Shown: one piece after another, positions 56,306 through 64,000 of the stretch
Numbering within the stretch: the first letter of the stretch is position 1
Layout of the letters: each line of letters starts with the position of its first letter
From: Alphaproteobacteria bacterium
GTDB lineage: Bacteria > Pseudomonadota > Alphaproteobacteria > UBA828
Direction of reading: 5' to 3'
Length of the DNA stretch: 64,000 nt
Assembly (NCBI GenBank): GCA_965216915.1
Contig: CBDCGS010000011.1
Coordinates: 269,925-333,924 of the forward strand
The notes under the pieces: model-generated
Seen by the model: the letters and a program-made list of their open reading frames with translations, nothing else
Database searches by the model: none
Told to the model about the DNA's origin: nothing
Position numbers and translations under genes: made by a program

Positions 56306-56452
56306 TCTGAGCCTCCCCCATCGAGCGGACGCGGTCTGCCGGCGAATGCTGCCAGAAATCTGCCGTGCGCGTCACGCATCGCGTGCACCGCGGAAGCGGG
56401 AGACTTGCGATTGGGGGGTGGCGGCGCCCCGAGCGTCGGCCGCTGGGCGCGC

Positions 56453-57364
56453 CTAGGCGATGGCCGCGAAGGGCTCCTCGCGCTCTTCCAGGCGCGTGCC
56501 GTCGAGCGTGATCATGCGCCAAGCGCTCCGGTCGGCGAGAAGCGCGTCCAACAGCGCATGGTTCATCTTGTGCCCGGCGCGAACGCTGTGGACGTGGCCG
56601 AGAATGGGCGCACCCGAGAGATAAAGGTCGCCCAGGCAATCAAGCGCCTTGTGCCGCACGAATTCATCCGGGTAGCGCAGGCCATCCTCGTTCAGCACGC
56701 CGTTCTGGCCGACCACCACGGCGTTCTCCAGCGAGCCTCCGAGTCCGAAGCCGGCCGCCTGCATTTGCTTGACATCGGCCTCGAAGCAGAAGGTGCGCGC
56801 ACGCGCCAGCTCCAGCCTGAACGAGCTGCGTGCCGGATCATAGGTGACCGCTTGCGCGCCCACCGTCGAATCGCCGAATTCGATCTCGCACCGGATCGAG
56901 AAGCGGTCCGCCGGGCGGATGCTGATCGTGCGCTGATCGTCGCCAATCGAGATCGGCTTGATCACCTCGATCGCGCGCCGCGCGGCGGCTTGCTCAACCG
57001 TGCCCGCACATTCGATCAAAAACACGAAAGGCGCGGCGCTGCCATCCATGATCGGCACCTCCTCGCCATCGAGCTCGACGATCGCGTTGTCCACCGCACA
57101 TCCGGCGAACGCCGCCATCAGGTGCTCGATGGTTCGTACCCTGACGTCGCCCTGGCCGATCGTGGTGCACAGCATGTTGTCGACCACGCGATCGTGGGTG
57201 GCCGGCACCTCACGCGCACCGTTGTGCCGATCGATTCGGCGGAACACGATGCCGGTGTTCGGCTCCGCCGGCCGCAACGACATCGAGACCTTGGTGTTGC
57301 TGTGTACCCCGACGCCCGTGCAGTGAATGGCGGATTTAAGCGTCCGCTGCCCTATTCTGGTCAC
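56453..57364 (-). CDS. lpxC: UDP-3-O-acyl-N-acetylglucosamine deacetylase
   Basis: QRTLK, TIEHLMAA, EVPIMDGSA, ARARTF, EFVRHKALD, GHKMN. Confidence 0.97.
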   Translation of the reverse strand: MTRIGQRTLKSAIHCTGVGVHSNTKVSMSLRPAEPNTGIVFRRIDRHNGAREVPATHDRVVDNMLCTTIGQGDVRVRTIEHLMAAFAGCAVDNAIVELDGEEVPIMDGSAAPFVFLIECAGTVEQAAARRAIEVIKPISIGDDQRTISIRPADRFSIRCEIEFGDSTVGAQAVTYDPARSSFRLELARARTFCFEADVKQMQAAGFGLGGSLENAVVVGQNGVLNEDGLRYPDEFVRHKALDCLGDLYLSGAPILGHVHSVRAGHKMNHALLDALLADRSAWRMITLDGTRLEEREEPFAAIA

Positions 57365-57545
57365 GTTGTTCGCCTATCGTCCCCAATCCATGACGGAACC
57401 GCATCCACCATGCCATCAGCCGTGGCACTTCGTTCGATGATCCGGTTAACGATACCCCTCACCATCGCGCGTCGGCCGCGCACCAGCGCGGCCGACACTG
57501 CGACGGCCTTCTAGCAACAGCACCGGAGGCGCACAAATCACTATT

Positions 57546-57561
57546 TGTTACAGAATGTTAC
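57546..57561 (-). promoter_or_regulatory. Direct repeat GTAACA-N4-GTAACA upstream of lpxC
   Basis: Plus strand TGTTAC-AGAA-TGTTAC, 10-bp period, in an AT-rich patch right after the ftsZ stop. Confidence 0.45.
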
Positions 57562-57587
57562 GCCTTCCGCGCCGGTAGCGCCTGCCG

Positions 57588-59411
57588 CTAATTCGCCTGG
57601 CGACGAAGGAACGCCGGGATCTCCAGCGGGTCATCGTCGGCGGGTCCCGCGGCGGATGAAGCTCGCAGCGGATCGAAACCCGCATCCTCCGACCGGGCGC
57701 GCGGGGCCACGCCGGCCACGCGGCTCGCCGCGACGTGATCGGGCGCGCCTTCGGTCCGTGGGGCAGGGCGTGCCTCGTCCTCTTGGCGACGCGCGCGACC
57801 GGTGCCGGTCATGCGCTCGAAGAGCGTGAGGCGACGTCCCGCGCGCGGCTCCTCCTTCGCGCCCGTCTCCTTCGGGTCGCCTCCCGCCTGGGGCGGAGCG
57901 CCGTAGGCTGGAGCCGTGGCCCGTGGCGCCGGGGTGGCCGGTGCGGGCTGGCGGTGCGGCATCGCCGGCGCCCCGAGCTTCGCTGGCAGTCCCATGTCCG
58001 GCTTGCCAAGCGCGCGCGCTGTGCTGGCGCCCGCGATCCCCGCCGCAACCGCGCCGGCGGTGTTCGCCGCCACGGTCTTTGTCGCAGGCTCACCGGTGGG
58101 CGGGCTCGGCTCGACCGCGACTGCAGCAGAGCGCGGCTCGGGTGCCGTCGTCGGCGCTTCGCCCGGCTCGTTCAGATCGGAGAGCGCTGGGTCGGCCACG
58201 TGAGCCGCCTCGCGCGGCGGTTGTGGAGCCGGCTCGGGCGCTGCCGGTGCGCTCTCGGCGCGGGCCTCGGTGGCCGGCATGTCGGGCTGCTCGTCCGACC
58301 AATCGTCGATCTTCGGTGCCTCTGCCGGCTGCTCCGGCATCGCGGTCGCGCTGGTCGCCGCCGGCGTGTTGGGCGTGACCTTGCGCTCCGAGAAGCCGAG
58401 GACGTGAACCTTGTCCGAATGCTCGGGCAAGGGCGCACGCGCCTCATCGGCGTCGATGCCCGTCGCAATCACCGCCACGCGCATGCGGTCTTCGAGCGCG
58501 GCGTCGAGGCTGGTACCGAAGATGATGTTGGCGTTGGTATCCACCTCCTTGCAGATCCGCATCGCCGCCTCGTCGATCTCGTGCAAGGTGAGATCGGGTC
58601 CGCCGGTGATGTTGATCAGCACGCCGTGCGCGCCCTCGATCGAGGCATTGTCGAGCAGCGGATTGTTGATCGCCGCTTCGGCGGCCGCCGTGGCCCGATT
58701 CTCGCCGTCGGCCTCACCGGTGCCCATCATCGCCTTGCCCATCTCGCTCATGACCGTGCGAATATCTGCGAAGTCGAGGTTGATCAGCCCGGGGTTGACC
58801 ATCAGATCGGTCACCCCGCGCACGCCCGCATGAAGCACGTCGTCGGCCATCTTGAAGGCCGAGGCGAAGGTCGTCTGCTCATTCGCGACGCGGAACAGAT
58901 TCTGGTTCGGGATGACGATCAGTGTGTCGACATATTGCTGCAGCTCCTGGATTCCGAGCTCGGCGGAACGCATCCGCTGGACACCCTCGAACTGGAACGG
59001 CTTGGTCACGACACCGACCGTCAGAATGCCCTTCTCGCGCGCTGCCCGCGCGATGACCGGCGCGGCGCCCGTGCCCGTGCCGCCGCCCATCCCGGCCGCA
59101 ATGAAGACCATGTTGTTTCCTTCGAAATAACGCTGGATCTCGTCGAGCGCCTCCTCGGCCGCGACCTTGCCGATATCCGGCCGCGCGCCCGCGCCGAGCC
59201 CATGGGTGATGTTCACCCCGAGCTGGATCCGTTGATCGCAGAGCGACTGATGCAGAGATTGCGAATCGGTGTTCGCGACGACGAACTCGACACCGTCGAG
59301 CTGGCCGCTGATCATGTTGTTGACCGCGTTGCCGCCGCCGCCGCCAACGCCGAACACGGTGATCCTTGGCTTGTATTCAATGTTTTGGTCGGGCACGAAG
59401 TCGATCGTCAT
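57588..59411 (-). CDS. ftsZ: Cell division protein FtsZ (long alphaproteobacterial linker)
   Basis: [29 protein letters not shown]-terminal [12 protein letters not shown]. Confidence 0.98.
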   Translation of the reverse strand: MTIDFVPDQNIEYKPRITVFGVGGGGGNAVNNMISGQLDGVEFVVANTDSQSLHQSLCDQRIQLGVNITHGLGAGARPDIGKVAAEEALDEIQRYFEGNNMVFIAAGMGGGTGTGAAPVIARAAREKGILTVGVVTKPFQFEGVQRMRSAELGIQELQQYVDTLIVIPNQNLFRVANEQTTFASAFKMADDVLHAGVRGVTDLMVNPGLINLDFADIRTVMSEMGKAMMGTGEADGENRATAAAEAAINNPLLDNASIEGAHGVLINITGGPDLTLHEIDEAAMRICKEVDTNANIIFGTSLDAALEDRMRVAVIATGIDADEARAPLPEHSDKVHVLGFSERKVTPNTPAATSATAMPEQPAEAPKIDDWSDEQPDMPATEARAESAPAAPEPAPQPPREAAHVADPALSDLNEPGEAPTTAPEPRSAAVAVEPSPPTGEPATKTVAANTAGAVAAGIAGASTARALGKPDMGLPAKLGAPAMPHRQPAPATPAPRATAPAYGAPPQAGGDPKETGAKEEPRAGRRLTLFERMTGTGRARRQEDEARPAPRTEGAPDHVAASRVAGVAPRARSEDAGFDPLRASSAAGPADDDPLEIPAFLRRQAN

Positions 59412-59499
59412 GTGGTCCTCCAAGTGCGGGTGTCGTTCGATCCAGCGTTTGTTCTTCCCCCAGGGCGGCGCCTGATCCCACGTCGTTGCGCGGGCCTTG

Positions 59500-60723
59500 T
59501 TAGAAATTGCTGCGGAGCCATTGGCCAATGCGTCCCAACGCCGAGCCAAACACCAACGGGCCGTCGTCGGCGACCGATCGGCTTCCTGGCTCGGTATGTT
59601 TCTGTGTTGCGTAGACGAGGAGCCCAGCGCATGCGGCGAACTCGGGCCCCGAAACGGCCTCGGCGAGGCCGGGCAGCGGCAGCGGACGGGCGATGCGGAT
59701 CTGCCGGTCCATCACGCGCTCCGCAAGCTCGCCCAATCCCTGCAGCTGGCTCGCCCCGCCGCTGATCACGACGCGCCGGCCCGCACGCTCGCCCGCGCCG
59801 CTCGATTCGAGGCGGTCGCGCGCAAGCTCCAAGATCTCCTCGATACGCGGGCGCACGACGCCGCCGAGCAGCGAGCGCGCCACTTGCCGGCCGGAGGCGG
59901 CGCCATTCTGGCCAAGCTCCGGCACCTCGATCATCTCGGAATCGTCGCTCGAGTCGGGGAGGGCGGAGGCGTAGAGCCGCTTCATGCGCTCGGCGCTCGC
60001 GAGTGGGGTCGAGAGGCCGCGCGCAATGTCGTTGGTGACGTGTGCACCGCCGATCGGCAGCATCTCGGTCCAGACCAACTTGCCCTCGGCGAACACCGCG
60101 AGATCGGTCGTGCCGCCGCCCATGTCGATGAAGGTCACGCCGAGGTCCATCTCGTCCGCCACCAGGCATCCGAGCCCCGACGCATAAGCCGCCACCACCG
60201 GCGCATCGACGTCGAGATCGGAGCGCTTCACGCAGCCGAGGAGGTTGCGCAGGCTGCCATGGGCCGCGCGCACGAGATGGAGGCGCACTTTCAGGCGGTC
60301 CCCATGCATGCCGCGGGGATCGCGGATCCCGGCCGATCCATCGAGCTCGTATCCCACCGGGATCGCGTGAACGATATCGGTCTCGCCACGCGACGGGTCG
60401 ACCTCGTCGAAAGCGCGCTGAATGTCGCGCTCCTCGATCACGCCGCCGCCGACACCGATGCCGACCTCGACCATGTCCGACTGCGGCGTGCCGCCCGAGA
60501 GGCTGACGAACACGCTCTCGACATGCTCGTTGGCCATGATTTCTGCGCGGTGCACGGCAGTGCGAATGGCGCGCTCGGCCGCGTCCATGTCGATGACGCT
60601 GCCCGCCCGCAGACCATCGGAGATTTCCTGGCCGATGCCGACGATCCGCATGCCCGCCTGGACATCGTGCCGCGCGAGAAAGCACGCGATCTTGCTGGTT
60701 CCGACGTCGAGTGCCGCAATCAC
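59500..60723 (-). CDS. ftsA: Cell division protein FtsA
   Basis: [45 protein letters not shown]-terminal amphipathic WLRSNF; GTG start estimated. Confidence 0.95.
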   Translation of the reverse strand: MIAALDVGTSKIACFLARHDVQAGMRIVGIGQEISDGLRAGSVIDMDAAERAIRTAVHRAEIMANEHVESVFVSLSGGTPQSDMVEVGIGVGGGVIEERDIQRAFDEVDPSRGETDIVHAIPVGYELDGSAGIRDPRGMHGDRLKVRLHLVRAAHGSLRNLLGCVKRSDLDVDAPVVAAYASGLGCLVADEMDLGVTFIDMGGGTTDLAVFAEGKLVWTEMLPIGGAHVTNDIARGLSTPLASAERMKRLYASALPDSSDDSEMIEVPELGQNGAASGRQVARSLLGGVVRPRIEEILELARDRLESSGAGERAGRRVVISGGASQLQGLGELAERVMDRQIRIARPLPLPGLAEAVSGPEFAACAGLLVYATQKHTEPGSRSVADDGPLVFGSALGRIGQWLRSNF

Positions 60724-60734
60724 CGGGCGGGGTC

Positions 60735-61634
60735 CTATGTCTCTTCCGCGCGCGGCGGCGCGGGGGGTTTCAACCGCACGATGGTGCGATCCTTGAGCCG
60801 AATGTCGACGAGCGCCGCGGGCCGGTCGAGCAGGCGCCGCTCGTGGATCACGGCGGCGAGCCGCTCGAGCGCGGCGTCGGTGTCGCCCTCGGGTAGGCGG
60901 GCTTCGAGCCCCGTGTCGAAACGCAGGTTCCAGCGCCGCTCGCTGACCCACACCGCAGCCGAGAGGCGGCTCAGCAATGTCGGGTCGGCGGCCATCGCAT
61001 CGAGGAGCGCGGGCGCCGCCAACGGCGCGCCCGGTCCGACGATAATGGGCAGGTGGGCGTGGCGCGAAATGGCCTGGGCATCGAGCACCGCGCCCTCGCG
61101 CCCCACCACGACCAAATTGCCTTCGCGCTGCCAAAGCGCAAACGGCCTCCGCTCGATCAGGTTCACGAAGATCGTCGATGGGAGCCGGCGCTCGACGCGC
61201 GCACGCGCGACCCAGGGCAGGCCTTCGAGGCGGCGGCGCGCCTCGTCGGTGTCGACGGCGAAGATCGGCGTGCCGATCTCCGCGTCAAGCGCATCGAGGA
61301 TCGCGGTGACCGGCACCTCGCGGCGCCCGGCGCTGAGCACGCGCTGCACGGTCATGCCCTGATCCGCCGTGACCGAAAGGAACAGCGAGCGGGCCTGCTC
61401 ACCGAGATCGGCCACGTGACCGGGCGGAGCAAGCCAGCCACCAAGCCCAAGGCAAATCGAGACGCCGAGGAGGCTCCGCCACCGCCTCAGCGCGAAGCGA
61501 CGCAGCTTCGCCGAGCGGGACCGCGGGCGGCCGCCCGGCCGGGCGCGTCCCTTGGCGGCCTGACCGCGCCGCTTGCCCGCCTGGCCACCGCGCTTGCCGT
61601 CGGTGGCGGCGTAGTGGAGGCTCAGTTGTCGCAT
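60735..61634 (-). CDS. ftsQ: Cell division protein FtsQ
   Basis: Basic N-terminus, one TM, POTRA (LPWV..A.VERRLP), RRWNL, DIRLKDR; between ddl and ftsA. Confidence 0.93.
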   Translation of the reverse strand: MRQLSLHYAATDGKRGGQAGKRRGQAAKGRARPGGRPRSRSAKLRRFALRRWRSLLGVSICLGLGGWLAPPGHVADLGEQARSLFLSVTADQGMTVQRVLSAGRREVPVTAILDALDAEIGTPIFAVDTDEARRRLEGLPWVARARVERRLPSTIFVNLIERRPFALWQREGNLVVVGREGAVLDAQAISRHAHLPIIVGPGAPLAAPALLDAMAADPTLLSRLSAAVWVSERRWNLRFDTGLEARLPEGDTDAALERLAAVIHERRLLDRPAALVDIRLKDRTIVRLKPPAPPRAEET

Positions 61635-62533
61635 GTCGCGTTTTCCACGAGCCAGCTCACCAGGCTCTCGAACGAGATGCCGGAATCGGCGGCGATCTCG
61701 GGAACCAGGGAGAGCGGCGTCATGCCGGGCTGTGTGTTGATCTCGAGCAGATAGAATCGTCCGGGCTCGCCGGCGGTGTCGTCATAGCGCAAGTCGGCGC
61801 GGGTGACGCCGCGGCAGCCGAGCGTTTGATGGGCGAGGAGCGCGATGTCGAGCGCGTTCGCGTAGGCATCGGGGTGGATGCGCGCCGGCATGTGATGCGC
61901 CGCCTTGCCCTCGGTGTATTTCGCCTCGTAGTCGTAGAACCGGCCCGTGGGCTCGATCTCGATCGCGCCGAGCGCGCGCTCGCCCATCACCGCGACCTGG
62001 ATCTCGCGGCCCGGGATGTAGCGCTCGACCAGGACGTGGTCGCCGTAGGGCCAATCGCCGTTGAGCGGCACCAGGTTGTCACCGTTGAAGATCAGATGAA
62101 CGCCGACGCTCGAGCCCTCGTTGAGCGGCTTGATCACATAGGGCGGCGGATTGGCACCCCCGCCGATCACCTCGCGCCGGTGCATCACGCGCCCTTCCGG
62201 GCAGGCGATGCCGACCTCTTCGAAGAGCCGTTTGGCGGCGGGCTTGTTCATCGCCAACGCGGAGGCCAGCACGCCCGAATGGGTGTAGCGGAGACCCAGC
62301 ACCTCGAGCAGCCCCTGGATGCTGCCATCCTCGCCGATGCGCCCGTGAAGCGCATTGAACACGACGTCCGGCCGCAGCGTGTTCAACCGATCGGCAACGT
62401 CGCGGTCCACATCGATCGGGCTCACCCGATAGCCGCCATCACGCAAGGCGTCGCACACCGCCCCGCCGCTCACCAGCGAGACCTCGCGCTCGGCGGACCA
62501 GCCGCCCATGAGGACCGCGACATGCTTGCTCAT
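61622..62533 (-). CDS. ddl: D-alanine--D-alanine ligase
   Basis: GGWSAEREVSL, NALHG..GEDG, EGSSVG, FYDYEAKY, EINTQPGMTPLSLVPE. Confidence 0.97.
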   Translation of the reverse strand: MSKHVAVLMGGWSAEREVSLVSGGAVCDALRDGGYRVSPIDVDRDVADRLNTLRPDVVFNALHGRIGEDGSIQGLLEVLGLRYTHSGVLASALAMNKPAAKRLFEEVGIACPEGRVMHRREVIGGGANPPPYVIKPLNEGSSVGVHLIFNGDNLVPLNGDWPYGDHVLVERYIPGREIQVAVMGERALGAIEIEPTGRFYDYEAKYTEGKAAHHMPARIHPDAYANALDIALLAHQTLGCRGVTRADLRYDDTAGEPGRFYLLEINTQPGMTPLSLVPEIAADSGISFESLVSWLVENATCDN

Positions 62534-63498
62534 GCCCCGCCCTCCTCGCCGGCGACGGCCGTTGCCCGCGCCAGATGATCGCCGACCCGTTGGATCTCCC
62601 ATTCGAGGGTCACGCCAGTGCGCTGCTGCACGCGGCGGCGCACCTCCTCGCCCAGACCCTCGATGTCGGCGGCCGTCGCATCACCCGTGTTGACGAGAAA
62701 GTTGCAATGCTTCTCGGAGACCTGCGCACCGCCGCGCCGGAGCCCGCGGCAACCGGCGGCGTCGATCAGCTCCCACGCCTTGTTGCCCGACGGGTTGGTG
62801 AAGGTGCTGCCGCCGGTGCGCGTGCGGATCGGCTGGCTGGCCTCGCGCGCCTGAGAGATCTCGTCCATGTGGCGGGCGATCTCGGCGGGGTCGCCACGCA
62901 CCCCTTCGAGCACCGCGGAGACGAAGATCAGGTCATCCGCGGCTGCGCAGTGCCGATAGCTGAAGCCAAGATCGGCGCGCGCGAATTGATGGACCGTGCC
63001 CGCCGGATCGATCGCGGAGGCCTCGACCAGAACGTCGGCGAGCTCCTTCCCGTAGGCGCCCGCGTTCATCCGAACAGCGCCGCCGATGGTGCCGGGGACT
63101 CCGCTCAGGAATGCGAGCCCCGCGACCCCGGCATCGCGCGCCGCTCGGGCGACCGTCACGTCGAGCGCGCCGGCGCCGACCGCGACGAGGGCGCGATCGC
63201 CATCCCAAGAGACGGAGAAGCCGCGGAAGCCCTGCCTCAACCTGATCACCACACCGGCTATGCCACCGTCTCGGACCAGCACATTCGAGCCGACGCCGAG
63301 CACCGTGACCGGCAGGTCGTCCGGCTTCTCCGTGAGAAAGTGCATCAGGTCGTCGAGATCTGCGGGCCGGAACATGACCTCGGCAGGCCCGCCGACGCGG
63401 AACCAGGTCACGCGCGAGAGATCGACGCCGAAGCTGTAGCGGCCGCGCACCGTGGGCAGCCGATCGGCAAGATCAGGCGGTCGCTTGCGCGCCATCAT
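62530..63498 (-). CDS. murB: UDP-N-acetylenolpyruvoylglucosamine reductase
   Basis: [53 protein letters not shown]. Confidence 0.97.
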   Translation of the reverse strand: MMARKRPPDLADRLPTVRGRYSFGVDLSRVTWFRVGGPAEVMFRPADLDDLMHFLTEKPDDLPVTVLGVGSNVLVRDGGIAGVVIRLRQGFRGFSVSWDGDRALVAVGAGALDVTVARAARDAGVAGLAFLSGVPGTIGGAVRMNAGAYGKELADVLVEASAIDPAGTVHQFARADLGFSYRHCAAADDLIFVSAVLEGVRGDPAEIARHMDEISQAREASQPIRTRTGGSTFTNPSGNKAWELIDAAGCRGLRRGGAQVSEKHCNFLVNTGDATAADIEGLGEEVRRRVQQRTGVTLEWEIQRVGDHLARATAVAGEEGGA

Positions 63499-64000
63499 GC
63501 GGAGTTCCCCGCGGGCTTGGGCTCGCGCTGAAACTTCTCGAGCGCCAGCGGCAAGCCGTTGGCCCACTGGGTGATGCTGCCGGCCCCGAGGCAAACCACC
63601 AGATCCCCGGGACCGGTCAGCGTGCTGATGAGCTCGGGCAGCGCGCCCGGCGCGCCTAGCGGCAGCACGTGGCGGTGGCCGTGGCGCCGCAGACCCTCGA
63701 CCAGCGCCTCCCGGTCGAAGCCTTCGATGGGCTCCTCGCCCGCCGCGTAGACGTCGGCCACGACCACCGTGTCCGCGTCGTTGAAGCAGGAGCAGAACTC
63801 CTCGAACAGATCGCGCAAGCGCGTGTAGCGGTGGGGCTGAACGACCGCGACGATGCGATCCGCATAGGCCGCCCGCGCCGAGCGCAGCACGGCCGCGATC
63901 TCGACCGGATGGTGGCCATAATCGTCGATCACCGTCACGCCGCCGACGACACCCACCTTGGTGAAGCGACGCTTGACCCCGCGGAAGCCTGCGAGCGCGG
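63495..64000 (-). CDS. murC: UDP-N-acetylmuramate--L-alanine ligase, 3' part (5' end outside the window)
   Basis: [42 protein letters not shown]. Confidence 0.96.
   Translation of the reverse strand, partial: ALAGFRGVKRRFTKVGVVGGVTVIDDYGHHPVEIAAVLRSARAAYADRIVAVVQPHRYTRLRDLFEEFCSCFNDADTVVVADVYAAGEEPIEGFDREALVEGLRRHGHRHVLPLGAPGALPELISTLTGPGDLVVCLGAGSITQWANGLPLALEKFQREPKPAGNSA

Noticed and set aside
57650-58400. Very long Ala/Pro-rich FtsZ linker as a novelty
   Set aside because: Long C-terminal linkers are normal for alphaproteobacterial FtsZ.

Overview
High-GC alphaproteobacterial chromosome segment (Rhodospirillales-like, inferred from gene order and sequence style), with no mobile element or CRISPR array visible. 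The right half is mostly conserved housekeeping: the distal dcw cluster (murC-murB-ddl-ftsQ-ftsA-ftsZ-lpxC, then bamD-recN-ligA), carAB-greA and yqeY-dnaG-rpoD. A TMADH/OYE-like flavoenzyme is inserted between lpxC and bamD. The left half holds metZ behind a SAM-II riboswitch, tRNA-Gly(CCC), an OmpA-family protein, a PAS histidine kinase, two ArsR units, typA, modABC and an orphan pstS. The most striking region is about 16.6-32.3 kb. It is a co-oriented cluster encoding a tetraheme, a decaheme and a pentaheme c-type cytochrome (19 CxxCH motifs in total), a putative diheme-b membrane protein, a tandem cNMP-binding plus 4x[4Fe-4S] protein, a probable outer-membrane beta-barrel, a membrane-anchored FAD/NAD(P)H/[2Fe-2S] reductase and a TolC. 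A CHASE2 adenylate cyclase lies on one side and an MBL-fold hydrolase (possible phosphodiesterase) on the other. I infer a cyclic-nucleotide-gated trans-envelope electron-transfer conduit; this is a hypothesis from motifs and synteny only. All calls come from motif recognition by eye, no searches were run, and start codons are my best estimates.
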